Shown here: piece after piece, positions 1 through 10,949 of the stretch | Layout of the letters: every line of letters begins with the position of its first letter | How positions within the stretch are numbered: the first letter of the stretch is position 1 | Assembly (NCBI GenBank): GCA_030390025.1 | Contig: CM059432.1 | Span: forward strand, 11,842,001-11,906,000 | Origin: Squalus acanthias | Lineage: Eukaryota | Direction: 5' to 3' | Length of the DNA stretch: 64,000 nucleotides | The notes under the pieces: model-generated | The model's input: the letters and a program-made list of their open reading frames with translations, nothing else | The model's database searches: none | Told to the model about the DNA's origin: nothing | Translations under genes and position numbers: made by a program

Positions 1-627
1 GGAAGAGTCGGAGATGGACCATGTGAAGGTGAGGGAAAGGTGGAAATTGGAAAAAAAGTGAAAGAAATTTTCTAGTTCAGGGTGAGAGCAGGAAACGGCA
101 CCAATACAGTCATCAATATACTGGAAAAAGAGGTGAGGGAGGGAGCCTGAGTAGGAGTGGAACAAAGAATGTTCCACATATCCCACGAAAAGGCAGGCAT
201 AGCTAGGGCCCATGCAGGTTCCCATAGCAACACCTTTAATTTGGAGGAAGTGGAATCAAAGGAGAAGTTGTTCAATGTGAGAACATGTTCAGCTAGGCGG
301 AGTAGGGTGGCGGTGGATGGGGACTGGTTGTGCCTCTGTTCAAGGAAGAAGCGGAGCGCTCTCAGGCCATCCTGGTGGGGGATGGAGGTGTAGAGGGATT
401 GGACGTCCGTAGTGAAAAGGAGGCGGTTGGGGTCGGGAAACTGGAAACTGTTAAAGTGGCGGAGGGCGTCGGAAGAGTCGCGGATGTAGGTGGGAAGAGA
501 CTGGACAAGGGGAGAAAAAAGAGAGTTGAGATAGGAAGAAATCAGTTCCATGGGGCAAGAACAGGCTGAAATGATGGGTCTACCAGGGCAGTCCTGTTTG
601 TGGATCTTGGGAAGGAGGTAGAAACGG
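1..627 (-). mobile_element. Penelope-like element (Neptune-type) reverse transcriptase fragment, frameshifted
   Basis: LFTTDVQSLYTSIPHQDGL...LTLNNFSF, then after a frameshift GVAMG...GPSYACLFVG...FQYIDDCIG. These are PLE RT motifs. Confidence 0.85.
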
Positions 628-644
628 TATATATATATATATAT
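628..644. repeat. (TA)n microsatellite at the PLE boundary
   Basis: tatatatatatatatat. Confidence 0.9.
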
Positions 645-1359
645 TGTTAGCTCAATGTCAATTTAGCAGTGCAGTTTGAATATCTGATGGTATTGACTTT
701 AGATATTGGTAAAATGTTCATTTTTGCGTACTTTATTTACTCAATAATTAGAGAAAGATGAAACTGCTGTTTCATTAGCTTACCAATGGTGATTGATTAA
801 TTGTGACATTAATTGGGGATCGAGTGGGAAAGTGGAGTTGAGGTAGAAGATCAGCCATGATCTTATTGAATGGCGGAGCAGGCTCAAAGGACCGTATGGC
901 CGACTCCTGCTCCTAATTCTTAAGTTTTTATGAAATACCAAAGAGCCTACTCAGATCAGAACACCATAGAAATATAGAATGTTACAGCATTCGGGTCAAG
1001 TCTGCATCAGTATTTCTCCACGTGAGCCACCGAGTTCAATCATACTCTCCTGCTCAGTCCCCTGAACCAGTAATATTCCTCTGTTTCAAGCAACTAATTC
1101 TCTTTTTAAACAACTTATAGAATCTGCTTCAACAACAGTGCATGACTGAATTTCACAATCTAACAACCTCTGTGCAAAGAATTTTATCAAACCTGCCCTT
1201 TAATTGTTTTGTGATCATCTTAAGTTTACGCCTTGCCGTTACCATCTCGCTAACCAGTGGAAACAATCTCACTATTTATCTTATCAGAACCCTTCATAAT
1301 CTTGAAGACCTCTATCCGTTCACCCCTTAACATTATCAGCACGAGTCTAAAAGCCCTAA

Positions 1360-1710
1360 ATAAGAACATAAGAAGTAAGAGCAGGAGTCGGCCATACAGC
1401 CCCTCGAGCCTGCTCCGCCATTCAATAAGATCATGGCTGATCATCCACCTCAACTCCACTTTCCTGCCCGATCCCCATATCCCTTGATTTCCCTAGAGTC
1501 CAAAAATCTATCTATCTCAGCCTTGAATATACTCAATGACTCAGCATCCACAGCCCTCTGGGGCAGAGAATTCCAAAGATTCACAACCCTTTGAGTGAAG
1601 AAATTCTTCCTCATCTCAGTCTTAAATGGCCGACCCCTTATCCTGAGACTGTGCCCCCTAGTTCTAGACACTCCAGCCCAGGGGAAACAACCTCTCAGCC
1701 TCTACCCTGT
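1360..1710 (-). mobile_element. Young CR1-type LINE 3' end nested in older CR1 fragments (about 965-1910)
   Basis: SRTRGHSLRIRGRPFKTEMRKNFFTQRVVNLWNSLP C-terminus and (TTCTTATG)n-type tail. Confidence 0.85.
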
Positions 1711-1914
1711 CCTAACTTTCTCTTCAAAACTGTAAAGCCCTCATCCATGGTAACATCCTAAATGAATCTACGCTACACCTTTTCCATTGCTTTTATACCC
1801 TTCCTTTAATGAGGTGCCCACAACTGTACATAATAGTGCACCTGAAGACGAAGGCCTTGCACAAGTTTAACATTACTTTCTTGTTTTTGTATGTTATGCC
1901 TCTAGATACTATTT

Positions 1915-2540
1915 TGAGGAATTGGTGGGATGTTATTATCGTCGATTAAAAACTGGCTGGATTCCCATAAGCAGAAAGTGGTTATCGATGGTTGCGGATC
2001 TCCTTGGAGACAAGTTACCATCGATCTCCCACAGGGATCAGAGTTGGGACTGTTGCTTTTCACTATCTTCATTAATGACCTAGATATAACTGTTGGGGGA
2101 ACAGTCTGCAAGTTAGCGAATGATACAAAGACCTGTGCAAGTGTTAGGAAAGTAGATGAGAATAAACTTCTCCAAACAGATCTTGAGGCAATGGGAACGT
2201 TCGTATATTCATATTTGTATTTTTTTATGGCCTCATCCGCTTATGGTGTAAGCTTTAAAGAATTCTGTATCTTCACACCAAAGCCTCTTTGCTCTTTTAC
2301 TCCATTTAGAATCTTACCATTGAAGATTTATTTCCTTTCCCTATTTTTTCTTTCTTTATTATTTTACATTGAACGGCACGTGCCATCTATTTCCCCGTCC
2401 TGCGAGCCTATCTATGCCTTCCTATTTTCTTTCACAATCTGTGCCACAATTCCCCACCCCCCCCTCCCCCATTTGGTATCAGCAATAAATTTCAATATTG
2501 TCCCCTCAGTTCATAAGTCAAGATCATTTATCTATATAGC
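1915..2540. mobile_element. Decayed CR1 RT fragments in both orientations
   Basis: PQGSELGLLLFTIFINDLD...KLANDTK on the plus strand, followed by a minus-strand CR1 piece. Confidence 0.7.
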
Positions 2541-3155
2541 ACAACAACAAGTAGCATTTATATAGTGCCGTTAATGTAGAAATGCATCCCAGATGTGTGA
2601 TGCAAAACAGAGCTGGGAAAAAGAGGCAAAGATTAGGAGAGGTGACTTGGTCAAAGATGTGGGTCTTAAAAGGAGGAGAGGGAGGTGGAGAGGTGGAGTG
2701 GCTTAGGGGAGAGAATTCCAGCGAGTGGGACCTAGGGCTGGAGGAGACAACAAAGGTCAGGAAGGACATAGAATACAAAAGCAAGGAAATAATGTTGAAC
2801 TTGTACAAGACCTCGATGAGTCTACTGTTGGAGCATTACGTACAGTTGTGGGCACCTCATTAAAGAAAAATGTGAAATAAAAGCTGAGAATGCTAGTAAC
2901 ACACAGCAGGCCAGTCAGCAATAGTAAAGAGAAAGGACAAGTGCAACGTTTTGGATGTGCACCATTCATCAGAACTGGAAAAATAAAAGCTAGGCAAGCA
3001 TTCTAGTAAAGTTGGAAAAGCGAAAAGCGGGAAGCTAAAGGGGCAAAATAACAGATACTCAAATCATAACTTGGAAGGGTGGAGGAACAGAATCTGAACA
3101 AAAGGACTGATGTCAGCAAACACTGGGCCAGAAAGGTGCCAAGCACAATATTTAC

Positions 3156-3413
3156 CTTGCTTTCCAAATATTTGTTCGCTCAGATGCGGATCACACATTT
3201 TAAGCGCCTGGAAGAAGATGCCACAGGCTTTCTGCCCTTTTCGGGTGACAGCAGACAGTAGCTCGGATGCCTTTGAAAGCATTTCAGACTTGGAGCCGAT
3301 GACACTGAGCTCATATTGATTGAGAATCCGCGTGCTATACAGGAAATGAGTGATCTGCTCTACCACAGCAGGAGACATTGACGTACCCAGCTCGTAGTAA
3401 TGTCTACGCAAAT
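3156..3413 (-). CDS. CARD (death-fold) domain exon of an unidentified CARD-containing gene
   Basis: tgatag|AT TTG CGT...AAG CAA G|gtaaat, 258 nt, phase 1-1. LRRHYYELGTSMSPAVVEQITHFLYSTRILNQYELSVIGSKSEMLSKASELLSAVTRKGQKACGIFFQALKMCDPHL has the CARD pattern LL..V..KG..AC..F..AL...DP.L. Confidence 0.85.
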
Positions 3414-3502
3414 CTATCAATCACAAACAGAAAGTACAGTTCATTAGCTTAAAAAAATATATATAAATCATTATATAGGAAAAACAAATTATATATTTAA
3501 AA

Positions 3503-3825
3503 CAGCAACAACTTGCATTTACAGAGCGCCTTTAACGTAGTAAAACGTCCCAGGGCGTTTCACAGGAGCGTTATCAAACAAAATTTGACACCGAGCCACA
3601 TAAGGATATATTCGGACAAAGAGGTAGGTTTTAAGGAGTCTCTTAATGGAGGAAAGAGAGGTAGAGAGGTGGAGAGGTTTAGGGAGGGAATTCCAGAGCT
3701 TAGGGCCTTGACAGCTGAAGGCACGGCCACCAATGGTGGAGCGATTAAAATCGGGCATGTGCAAGAGGCCAGAACTGGAGAAGCGCTGAGATCTCTGAGG
3801 GCTGGAGGAAGTTACAGGGATAGGC
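3503..3825 (-). mobile_element. L2-type LINE 3' end
   Basis: STIGGRAFSCQGPKLWNSLP...LLKTYLF and tail AAAGGCGCT.T.TAAATGCAAGTTGTTG. Confidence 0.8.
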
Positions 3826-4029
3826 ATTCATTCAACGACTATTCACACGGTAATTTAATTTGAGGGCTCTGATGACCAATATAACACTGTAACAATCTTC
3901 CTTCCTGTGTTGCTGGGGCAAAGGTGTTACTTGTGCCGTGCAGTAGACGAGGGCTGAACATTAAATTGGTGGGGACAGGTATAAAATTCTGGTGTTTAGA
4001 TACATTAGCTTTGTGAATAAGCAACTATT

Positions 4030-4820
4030 ACAAAGTATTTACAGCACAGAAACAGGCCATTCGGCCCAATAGATCCATGCCGGTGTTTATACTGCACACG
4101 AGCCCCCTCCCACCCTTCATCATCTCACCCCATCAACATATCCTTCTGTTCCTTTCTCCCTCATGTGCTTATCTAGTTTTCCCTTAAATGCATCTGTGCT
4201 CTTGGCCTCAACCACTCCTTGTGGTAGCGAGTTCCGCATTCTAACCACTCTCTGAGTAAAGAAGTTTCTCCTGAATTCGCTATTGGATTTATTAGTGACG
4301 GTCTTATATTTATGGCCCCTAGTTCTGGTCTCCCCTGCAAGTGGAAACATCTTCTCTACGTCTACCCTATCAAACCCTTTCATAATCTTAAAGACCTCTA
4401 TTAGGTCACCTCTCAGTCTTCTCTTTTCTAGGGAAAAAAGCCCCAGCCTGATCAATCTTTCCTGATAGGTATAACCTCTCAGTTCTGGTATCATTCTAGT
4501 CATTTTGTTTTGCACCTTCTCCAGTGTCCATTTTATAATATGGAGACTAGAGCTGTGCACAGTACTTCAAGTGTGGTCTAACTAAGGTTCGTTAGAAGTT
4601 TAACATACCTTCTCTCCTTTTCAATTCTATCCCTCTAGAAATGAACCCCAGTGGGTTTGTTTGCTTTTTTTATGGCCTTATTAACCTGTGTCACTACTTT
4701 TAGTGATTTGTGTATCTGCACCTCTAGATCCCTTTGCTCTTCTAGCCCATTTAGACGCTTATTTTCCAAGGAGTATGCGAACTCTTTATTCTTCCTACCA
4801 AAATGTACTACCTCACACAA
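4030..4820 (-). mobile_element. CR1 LINE 3' fragment
   Basis: LEKVQNKMTRMIPEL...LFSLEKRRLRGDLIEVFKIMKG...NFFTQRVV. Confidence 0.85.
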
Positions 4821-5509
4821 AAGCTAGCTGTGCAAAAAGGAGATTAAATAGGTTGGATAGAGTTCATGATAGGATGAATGGTGTATGGTCTGCAGAAGAG
4901 GTGGGCTTGATGAATCAAATAGCCTTAGCTTATTCCATACTTTCTTATGTTCTTATGTAATTCATTCAAGCCTTATGCTTTAGCATGTCACCTGAACCCT
5001 AGACTGTATCCATTATCCTCTATATAAATAGTGACCGTGTAAATAAAGTAATCAACTGCATTCTTCAGGCCAGCACTTTATAAACTGACCGTGATTATAT
5101 CAAAATTGCCAATCCTTCAGCGAGGATGACATCACACATGGAATTCTAGATTTTATTAACAGAAGGAGAAAGTTTAGGGGAGATTTAATAGAGGCGTTCA
5201 AAATCATGAGGGGTTTTGATAGAGTAAATAAGGAGAAATGATTTCCACTGGCAGGAGGGTCGGTAACCAGAGGGCACAGATTTAAGGTAATTGGCGAAAG
5301 AGCTAGGGAGGAGATGAGGAGATTTTTTTTTCCCGCCGCGAGTTATTATGATCTGGAATGCGCTGCCTGAATGGGTGGTGGAAGCAGATTCAATAATAAC
5401 TTTCAAAAGGGAATTGGATAAATAAGTGGGATTAATTGGAGAGCTCTTTCAAAGAGCCGGCACAGGCACAATGGGCTGAATGGCCTCCTTCTGTTCTGTA
5501 AGATTCTAT

Positions 5510-6281
5510 GGGGTAAAAATTGAGTCGCGCCCCCTTTGGGGCGCTAACCTCGCCGGGGCGCGACTTTTAGCGCCCCGAAAAAATTAGCGGCCCCGCGCCG
5601 GAACTTCAGTGGTTGCGCCCCAAGAGGGAAGCGGGGCGCCACTGGAAGCACCCCGCATCCCTCTTGGGGCGCTGCGAGTGAATATCCTGGCGCTACGTGC
5701 CGCAGCGCCACGCGCTGCGGCACGTCGCGCCGCGGTATTGCAGGCCTTCCTCCCCTTCTTAAAGGGGAGGGACCCTGCGCAGCGCGAACCGGGGCCCAGC
5801 TGGGCCCCCAGGGATCGGGAGTGCCGGCAAAAGAGCCCGGCACTCAAGAGAAGTGCCGGGCTCTTGGAGCGCAGCCGGCACTTCACGGTGGGGGGCTTCA
5901 CGGGGGCCGGGGACAGCAACGGGGGCAGGTGCTGGCAGGCGGCCAGCAACAAAAATGGCCACCTGCCACCTCCCCTTTAAATATCGCCGCCCCGGCCGCA
6001 CGTACGCCTCCCTGAACCTGTCGGACATAGCGTCTGGCGGTAAATCAGGGGGCGCGACTGAAGATCACGGCCGGGGCGCGAGCGGGGTGCTGCGCATGGC
6101 GATGACGTCATCGCCGGCGGCGCAGCGCCACAGGGCGCTACCGGCTGCCGCCGCCGCTAACCTCCCACTAAATTTTTCGGGAGGCGTGGGCGGCGCTGCG
6201 CCCGGGCGTTAGCTGCTTTACGCCCCATTAGCGCCCTCTTAAGGCGCTAACGGGAGGCGCAAGCAGCTGAATTTTTCCCCC
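5510..6281. mobile_element. GC-rich non-autonomous DNA transposon (PIF/Harbinger-like MITE)
   Basis: TIRs GGGGTAAAAATTGAG / CTGAATTTTTCCCCC (13 of 15 match), 3-bp TSD TAT (5507-5509, 6282-6284); inserted in the ATTCTATG tail of a CR1 (about 5165-5509). Confidence 0.75.
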
Positions 6282-6637
6282 TATGATTCTAAGTTTTATC
6301 ACAAAAGGTGTAGAATATAAAAACCAAGAGGTATTGATGATCCTATATAACACCTTAGGGCCTCAGTTAGAGTACTGTGTGCTGTATTGGGCTCCACATT
6401 ATGTGAAGATTATTTGAGGCTTTAGAGAGGATACAAAGCATATTCACTAGGATGCTACCAAGTATGAGGATATACAAATACAATGACCATTGCCTGGAAT
6501 CATTATATCAATTACCTTCTTAATTGAGTGGAAAATGAACTTGAAAGTCCATTGCATTGACAAATTGACAGGCTGTCAAATGAGTAATAAGGCCAAACTT
6601 GAAGTCCACAATAGCAGGGGAATGGTAGCATATAGGG

Positions 6638-7030
6638 GTACAGTAGCATAGTGGTTATGTTAATGGACTAGTAATCCAGAGGCCTGGACTAATGACCCAG
6701 TGACATGAATTTAAATCCCACCACAGCAGCTGGGGAATTTAAATTCAATTAAATAAATCTGAAATAAAAAGCTAGTATCAGTAATGGTGACCATGAATTC
6801 TACTGGATTGTCATAATTCATCTGATTCACTAATGTCCTTTAGGGAAGGAAATCTGCTGTCCTTATCTGGTCTGGCCGATATGTGACTCCAGATCCACAG
6901 CAATGTGGTTGACTGCCCGCTGAAATGGCCCAGCAAGCCACTCAGGTGGCTCACCACCACCTTCTCAAGGGCAATTAGGGATGGGCAATAAATAAGTGAC
7001 ATCCATATCCTGTGAATGAATGAAAAAAAG
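6638..7030 (+). mobile_element. tRNA-derived SINE with a LINE-derived 3' tail
   Basis: A-box-like TAGCATAGTGGTTA head; tail GGCTCACCACCACCTTCTCAAGGGCAATTAGGGATGGGCAATAAAT shared with the LINE at about 52-54 kb; related copy at about 48240-48555. Confidence 0.7.
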
Positions 7031-8057
7031 GGTGGAGGGTAATCCCAGCATGTGTCAATGCATCATGAGTGGTAGAGCTGCTCTCAAACTCCATCTGCAT
7101 GAAAAGTTTCACTAAAACCTCAACAGTATAAAAATAATCACCCTTCCAACGAATGAGCTACCATTTTCTTTTTAAGAGCATTATCCTACCAAGCTATGCC
7201 TTCTTCATTTTCTCTCTTTACTGCAACAACAACTTACTTTACTAATGCCTTTAGCGTAGAAAAATATCAGAGTTTCTCATAACTCAGATCTTTAACACTA
7301 GGATCAACAACAACAACTTGTCTTTATATAGTGCCTTTAAAAAAAGAAAGACTTGCATTTCTATAGCACCTTTCACAACCACAGGATGTCCCAAAGCGCT
7401 TTACAGCCAATGAAGTACTTGTGAAGTGTAGTCACTGTTGTAATGTAGGAAACGCAGCAGCCAATTCACACACAGCAAGGTCCCACAAACAGCAATGAGA
7501 TAATGACCAGATCATCTGTTTTTAGTGATCTTGATTGAGGGATAAATATTGGTCACGACACCGAAAAATAACGTAGAAAAATGTCCCAAGGTGCTTTACA
7601 GAAACGTAATCAGACAAAAATCAACATTGAGCCAAAGAAGGAGATATTAGGAGGAGTGACTAAAAGCTTGGTCAAAGAGATGGGTTTTTAGGAGGGGCCT
7701 AAAGGAAGAGAGGGAGTTGGAAAGGCAGAGAGGTTTAGAAAGAGAATTCCAGAGCTTTGAGGCCTAGATGACTGAAGGCACTGCTGCCAATGGTGGGGCG
7801 AAGGGAGTGGGGGATGCACAAGGCCAGGAACACAGAGTTCTCAGAGGGTGGTTGGGCTGGATAACGTTACAGAGTTATGGAGGGGCGAGGCCATGAAGGG
7901 ATTTGAAAATGAGAATGAAAATTTAAAATTTGAGGTGTTGGGGGACAGGGAGCCAATATCTCTGGGGAGCCATAAACAAAAGCAAGTAATGTCCTTTAGG
8001 GAAGGAAATCTGCTGTCCTTATCTGGTCTGGCCGATATGTGACTCCAGATCCACAGT

Positions 8058-8440
8058 AGAGACTGGAGCACAAAATTCCAAGCTGACACTCCAGTGCTGC
8101 ACTGTCGGAAGTGCCGTCTTTCGGATGAGACGTTAAACCGAGGTCCCCGTCTGCCCTCTCAGGTGGACGTAAAGGATCCCATGGCACTATTTCGAAGAAG
8201 AGCAGGGGAGTTATCCCTGATGTCCCGGCCAATATTTATCCCTCAATCAACATCTAAAACAGATTATCTGGTCATTATCACATTGCTGTTTGTGGGAGCT
8301 TGCTGTGCGCAAATTGGCTGCAGTGTTTCCTACATTACATCAGTGACTACACTTCAAAAAAAAAGTACTTCATTGGCTGTAAAGCGCTTTGGGACGTCCT
8401 GAGGTTGTGAAAGGCGCTATATAAATGCAAGTCTTTCTTT
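8058..8440 (+). mobile_element. Deu-domain SINE (SacSINE1/AmnSINE-related), 5'-truncated
   Basis: GTGCCGTCTTTCGGATGAGACGTTAAACCGAGG...GGCGCTATATAAATGCAAGTCTTTCTT; many copies in the window. Confidence 0.8.
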
Positions 8441-9128
8441 AAATGCTGTAGTTCACAGATTAGTCTCAAAGCCTCATAATGATCTGCCTGTCTGCCGGGC
8501 ACATGGGCCACATTTTACAACTGCTCATAGTGAAGGGGTGAAAAATAATCTAACAACACTTTATTGATAATGTCACTTGTAGTATATTTTCGATTGGAGA
8601 AAAGAGTGCATTTTAACAAGTCACTTTTTGATGGCAGCAGGAATGTGATTTTTAACTCCACCCGCACTCCAGTAATATAGAAGGAAGCGGAGCCTAGACG
8701 TCTTCCTGAAGCACCTGACTCTGTACAGCACGCCATCATATGACTAGTTAAAAAACGCCTGGGGACACCAGAAGATTTATCCCATTTCCCCTCCCTCATT
8801 GCAAGTTTAAAAAAAAAGTAAAACCAAAGGACGAACTCCAGAAAGGCTGCACAGATTGTCACAATAAATATTTGGTTTTCCGAAAAGTTCTGATGCATTT
8901 GATATTTTGTTTGGCGTCCTGTCGACAGATCCGACACTTTTCTCTTAGGCAATATATATTTCAATATCAACAATCTTTTGTTTAAATCATTTCCCCCGCC
9001 CGCCCCTTGCTGGTCTGACTACTGGAGCAGCCCTGAGTGTGAATACTTCACCCCAGGAACAAGACCACCAGCCTTACTGTCAGGTCCTTCTCGCCTCGAC
9101 TGAACTGGAAGATTGAGAACTGCCTTAC

Positions 9129-9141
9129 CGGACTGTGCCAT
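9129..9141 (-). CDS. Putative first coding exon of the CARD gene (MAQS + G)
   Basis: gggATGGCACAGTCCG|gtaagg: good Kozak context and a phase-1 donor that joins the CARD exon in frame (MAQSDLRRHYYE). An upstream in-frame ATG at 9225 is an alternative start. Confidence 0.7.
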
Positions 9142-9254
9142 CCCGCCCGATCCCACTTCACTGCCAGACAGCTGAGACTTCAGATGGGAAACACCTCGAG
9201 CCCTTGACCTTCCATTGAGGCTCATTCTATTGAGGTTGAAAGGAGAAGACGGCT

Positions 9255-9425
9255 CCCTCTTTTAACTGCCAACCAGTTCGCTGCGAGTGAAAGATCCAGC
9301 CCCTCTCAGAGAAGTTTCGCTGCTTGTCACTCACACACTACGTCACGGGGGAATCCCCCAAGGATCTCCCGGCCCTTCCACACAAAACAACAGCGAGTGC
9401 AAAAAGGAACGGGGTTTCCTTGTTC
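9255..9425 (-). promoter_or_regulatory. Candidate inducible promoter of the CARD gene (NF-kB and CRE/ATF-like sites)
   Basis: GGGGGAATCCCCC at 9347-9359, adjacent TGACGTA (minus strand, 9345-9339), second kB-like GGGGTTTCC at 9411-9419, TATA-like TTAAAAG on the minus strand near 9260; unique sequence just upstream of the putative exon 1. Confidence 0.6.
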
Positions 9426-10164
9426 TGGGCTCAGCCCTGCTTCGATTCATTGCTTTGTTACAAATCGTTAAAATGTATATATTTTTTTAAAGAAAAAGCA
9501 GAGCTGTCAATCTCATTCATTTGGAGTGAGATTGGTTCGTTTTTGTTTTAAAAAAATGTGACTTTTTTAATTCGTTCATCGGCGTCGCTGGTAAGGCCAG
9601 CATTTATTGCCCATCACTAGTTGCCCTCGAGAAGGTGGTGGTGAGCCGCCTTCTTGAAACGCTGCAGTCCGTGTGGTGAAGGTGCTCCCACAGTGCTGTT
9701 AGGGAGGGAGTTCCAGGATTTTGACCCAGCGACGATGAAGAAACGGCGATATACTAACAAGTCAGGATGGCGTGTGACTTGGGAGGGAAACTTGGAGGTG
9801 GTGGTGTTCCCATGTTCATGTATCTCCAGGGCCGAACTTGTTCACTCTAATTTTTTTTTTGGGGGGGGGGGGAGCGCGCGGGCCATTCAGAATTCCGCGC
9901 AGGTACGTTTTTTTCCCCCATTTAAAAGTCGATGAGCCGGCTGCGCGGGAGCTCCAGAGCGCTGTGCGGCCGTGCAGCTTAAAGGGAACATTGGCTACCG
10001 CCCAGGTCACCGTGGTCAGGGGGCGCTGTGGTCAAGAGGGTCTGACATTAACGGCGTCGACCTCCGTGAAGAACTTGGCGATCTCCGAGGTCTGCTTCCA
10101 CCGCACTGCAGCGCTCCACAAGAAGAGCAAACTTCACGTTTCAAGAGCAAGTTCCCAAACACGT

Positions 10165-10391
10165 GGATAACACTCAGGATCCTGCTAACCATGCCCCTAT
10201 CGGTGGCAATGGATAGCACTCAGGATCCTGTTCACCATGGCCTGTATCAGCGGCAATGGATAGCACTCAGGACCCTGCTAACCATGGCCCTATCGGTGGC
10301 AATGGATAGCACTCAGGATCCTGCTAACCATGCCCCTATCGGTGGCAATGGATAGCACTCAGGATCCTGCTAACCATGCCTGTATCGGTGG
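10165..10391. repeat. 46-bp minisatellite, about 5 copies
   Basis: GGATAGCACTCAGGATCCTGCTAACCATGCCCCTATCGGTGGCAAT units start at 10165, 10211, 10258, 10304 and 10350. Confidence 0.95.
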
Positions 10392-10500
10392 TGAGCAGCG
10401 AACGGAGCCTCTCGACGTTTGAAGCTCATACAAACACAATTTGCGATCGACCATGGGAGACGACAGGCTATCTTTGCTGGCCATCCTGTCTATCTAATAG

Positions 10501-10949
10501 TGTCAGCCCTGGTTCAGTGGGCAGCACCCTCACCTCTGAGTCAGTGAAGGTCGTGGGTTCAGAGTCCCACTCCAGAGACTTGAGCACAAAATCTAGGCTG
10601 ACACTCCAGGGCAGTGCTGAGGGAGCGCTGCACTGTCAGAGGTGCCGTCTTTCAGATGAGACGTTAAACCGAGGGCCCCGCCTCTCAGATCCCATGGCAT
10701 GAGATTGAAAAAAAGCAGGGGAGTTATCCCTGATGTCCTGGGGCCATTATTTATCCCTCAATTAACACTTTAAAAAAACCAGATTATCTGGTCATTATCA
10801 CATTGCTGTTTGTGGGAGCTTGCTGTGCACAAATTGGCTTCCGTGTTTCCTACATTAAACTAGTGACTAGACTTCAAAAAGTGCTTCATTGGCTGTAAAG
10901 GCTCCTGAGGTTGTGAAAGGCGCTATAGAAATGCAAGTCTTTCTTTTTT
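10501..10949 (+). mobile_element. Near full-length Deu-domain SINE
   Basis: tRNA-like head (TGGTTCAGTGG...GGGTTCAGAGTCC), Deu core and L2-like tail. Confidence 0.85.

Noticed and set aside
730..830. Possible third or terminal exon of the CARD gene (gtaag donor-like site at about 783; AATAAA at about 737)
   Set aside because: No polypyrimidine tract or recognisable coding content.
5544..6212. Several overlapping 64-123 aa ORFs
   Set aside because: A product of stop-poor GC-rich MITE sequence; no domain or splice support.
8515..8973. 152-aa minus-strand ORF
   Set aside because: Non-ATG start, no domain, and located inside the predicted CARD gene intron 1.
10165..10391. CRISPR-like repeat array
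   Set aside because: Units are head-to-tail with no unique spacers, derive from hAT transposase sequence, and lie in eukaryotic DNA with no cas genes.
10501..10580. tRNA gene (also at about 6640, 23540-23610 and 27845-27912)
   Set aside because: These are tRNA-derived SINE heads continuous with SINE bodies; no complete cloverleaf is evident.
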